From positions 25,391 through 89,390 of IMG/VR virus record IMGVR_UViG_3300021478_000794: DNA of 64,000 nt; one strand, written 5' to 3'. The stretch comes from a virus. The notes beneath the pieces are model-generated. The model was not told where the DNA came from, searched no databases, and saw nothing but the letters and a program-made list of their open reading frames with translations. This document shows positions 62,048 to 64,000 of this stretch, piece after piece; the first letter of the stretch is position 1, and every line of letters starts with the position of its first letter. The translations under genes and the position numbers were made by a program.

Positions 62048-64000
62048 GTGGGCTCGGAATTCGATACCTTAGTCGGCGCGGTTCTCGACGGCGAGGATCT
62101 CGCGATCCTCGACCGGCTCTCCGAAAAGGAAAAAGAGATCGCTTGGGAAATGCTCCTATCGATGCGGGCTTCGGGGAACTACGCCCCGATTCAGGATTTT
62201 TGGCAGCTCGATTACGAGGTCGCGCCGCCGACCCCGGAAGAGTTCCTAACCGACGATAACTATCTCGGACCGGTCGGGCGGGACTTGTATCCGAAGTGGA
62301 AGGAGACCTTCTACCATATCATGGATCCCCGATCGGATATCCACGAGCTAATCCTTCGCGGCTGTCTCGGGAGCGGAAAGACATTATTCTGCTCGACAAT
62401 AATGACGTACATTATCTGTTGGTTGATGCATCTTAAATCGCCGATCGCCACCCTTCTCGATACCTATTCCGATACCTCCTCGATCTTTCTCGCCGAGCTT
62501 TCGACCGATAAAGACCAGCTTAAGAAAAACATGTGGACGACGACGCTCCGGATGTTAAAACTCTGCCCCTTTATCCAGTCGCGAGCGCATCTTAAAGCGG
62601 AGGGGAACTACGACGATATGCTTCTCCGGCTCCCGAAGAACATCATCCTCTCGGGAGGCTCCCTCGCCGCCCACGTTTTAGGGCAAAACCTCTTCGGCGT
62701 CTTCATGGACGAGGCAAACTTCCGCCGGAGCGCCGATCCACAAGAAGAAGCATATGCTTTTTATTACAAACTCCGCCGCCGGGTCGAAGGCCGCTTTCTC
62801 CGCCGGACCGGGATGGGTTTCGTTGGTTTAATTTCATCAGAGGGCGGAGAGGGAGTTTTTCTCGATCGCCATTGTAACGAGATTCAGGAACGGGCTAAAA
62901 AAGGAATCCCGAACGACGCCCATATCGTCCAATTTGCGGAGTGGGATATCCGGCCTATTCCCGATCTCTCGGGCGAGAAATTCCTCGTCGATATCGGGGA
63001 TAACCTCCGTTCGCCGCATATCCTCGGCGACGGGGAAGCGGTCCGCTCCGGAGCCCAAGTCATCGAGGTCCCGGTCGAATACCGGAACGATGCCGAACGA
63101 GAACTAGTCCACTTTTTAATGGACGTCGCCGGGAAAGTTCCCGGGCGTGCGCATCGATATTTTTACAACGTCGAGGCCGCGCTCCGGAGTTTACGGCTCC
63201 GGAATCCTGTACTTTCTGAAATTGCGGAATTGGCATTGGATACAGAATTCGAGGGAAGCGATTATCTCGACGAACCGGCGCTCCTTACGAAAATCCAAGG
63301 CCGTTGGCGTCCCCGGATCCTCCCGCTCGCGGCCCGCTTTATCCATATCGATCTCGCGAAAAACGACGACGTCGCCGGATTCGCTATGGTACACGTCGGC
63401 GACTTCGATCGCGGCGGGACCCCGATTATCCACGTCGACTTTGCGATCTGCTTCCAGGCGAGCGCGAAGAAGCCGATCGATTACGATAAGATCCTCCGGT
63501 TAATCTTCTGGCTCCGGGACTCCGGCTTTTCGATCGAAAAGATCTCTTACGACTCCTACCAGAGCCAGCACTCCCTTAATACCCTCGAAAAGGAGGGGCT
63601 CGTCGCCGAGCTACGATCCGTAGACCGGATGAAAGATATGGACCGGGGCAGAAAAATTCAACCAGAATATTTCCTCTTTAGGTCAATGCTCTCGGAAGAC
63701 AGAATCCTAAACCCGATTTCGCCTCTCTTAAGAAGAGAAATTTTACAGTTAATATCGGTCGAGGAAAAGCCGGACCACGAAAAGAACGAGTCGAAAGACA
63801 TGATCGACGCGATCGTCGGAGCCGTTTCTAATTTGATTGAAAGTACAAATTTGACAGCCCCGCCATCGGAAGAAGAACTTTTCCCAATGATGGGAACAAT
63901 GAGGGGGACCGAACGGGGTCGACCGAAGCCGCCGATCGACGAACAACAATTAGTCGAGCCGAATTACGCCCGAGGCGATAACGTCTTCTTTAATCCTTAG
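62048..64000 (+). CDS. terL: large terminase subunit
   Basis: GCLGSGKT Walker A, FMDEAN Walker B, ISS, nuclease HIDLA...D, SYDSYQS, KDMIDA. Confidence 0.88.
   Translation: MGSEFDTLVGAVLDGEDLAILDRLSEKEKEIAWEMLLSMRASGNYAPIQDFWQLDYEVAPPTPEEFLTDDNYLGPVGRDLYPKWKETFYHIMDPRSDIHELILRGCLGSGKTLFCSTIMTYIICWLMHLKSPIATLLDTYSDTSSIFLAELSTDKDQLKKNMWTTTLRMLKLCPFIQSRAHLKAEGNYDDMLLRLPKNIILSGGSLAAHVLGQNLFGVFMDEANFRRSADPQEEAYAFYYKLRRRVEGRFLRRTGMGFVGLISSEGGEGVFLDRHCNEIQERAKKGIPNDAHIVQFAEWDIRPIPDLSGEKFLVDIGDNLRSPHILGDGEAVRSGAQVIEVPVEYRNDAERELVHFLMDVAGKVPGRAHRYFYNVEAALRSLRLRNPVLSEIAELALDTEFEGSDYLDEPALLTKIQGRWRPRILPLAARFIHIDLAKNDDVAGFAMVHVGDFDRGGTPIIHVDFAICFQASAKKPIDYDKILRLIFWLRDSGFSIEKISYDSYQSQHSLNTLEKEGLVAELRSVDRMKDMDRGRKIQPEYFLFRSMLSEDRILNPISPLLRREILQLISVEEKPDHEKNESKDMIDAIVGAVSNLIESTNLTAPPSEEELFPMMGTMRGTERGRPKPPIDEQQLVEPNYARGDNVFFNP

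Noticed and set aside
1-64000. Stop-codon reassignment
   Set aside because: Conserved genes (capsid, polymerase, terminase, helicases) are intact under the standard code, and TAA, TAG and TGA all end genes at sensible positions.

Overview
The window is a segment of a large (probably jumbo) tailed dsDNA phage genome with a T4-like head and contractile-tail toolkit in scrambled order. Structural genes include gp23-like major capsid, gp21 protease fused to a scaffold, gp13/gp14-like neck proteins, a PAAR spike tip, tail-fibre/beta-helix proteins and the large terminase. Replication genes include a UDG-fused family A DNA polymerase, DnaB- and UvsW-like helicases and RuvC. It also carries nucleotide-metabolism genes, a MoxR AAA+/HExxH peptidase/VWA operon, a GH75-like candidate lysin and an initiator-type tRNA-Met. 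The main unexplained signal is a 12-14 aa tag, consensus [IV]-E-T-M-H-[ET]-[IVMF]-S-G-W-D-[ASE], present 8 times in 7 otherwise unrelated proteins. In five proteins it is the exact C-terminus (MHE...[WY]D[AS]-stop). In two late-type genes it is internal and followed by E-A, so cleavage after Glu by a gp21-type protease would expose the same C-terminus. This suggests a modular system of variable domains sharing one docking tag. Other signals: three promoter-like motifs, often exactly 6 nt before start codons (implying leaderless mRNAs); strong CpA/TpG depletion; an unannotated PAAR gene apparently starting at ATT; a scaffold gene nested in the protease gene; and a pentamer repeat array. All family assignments come from motif recognition by eye, not database searches.
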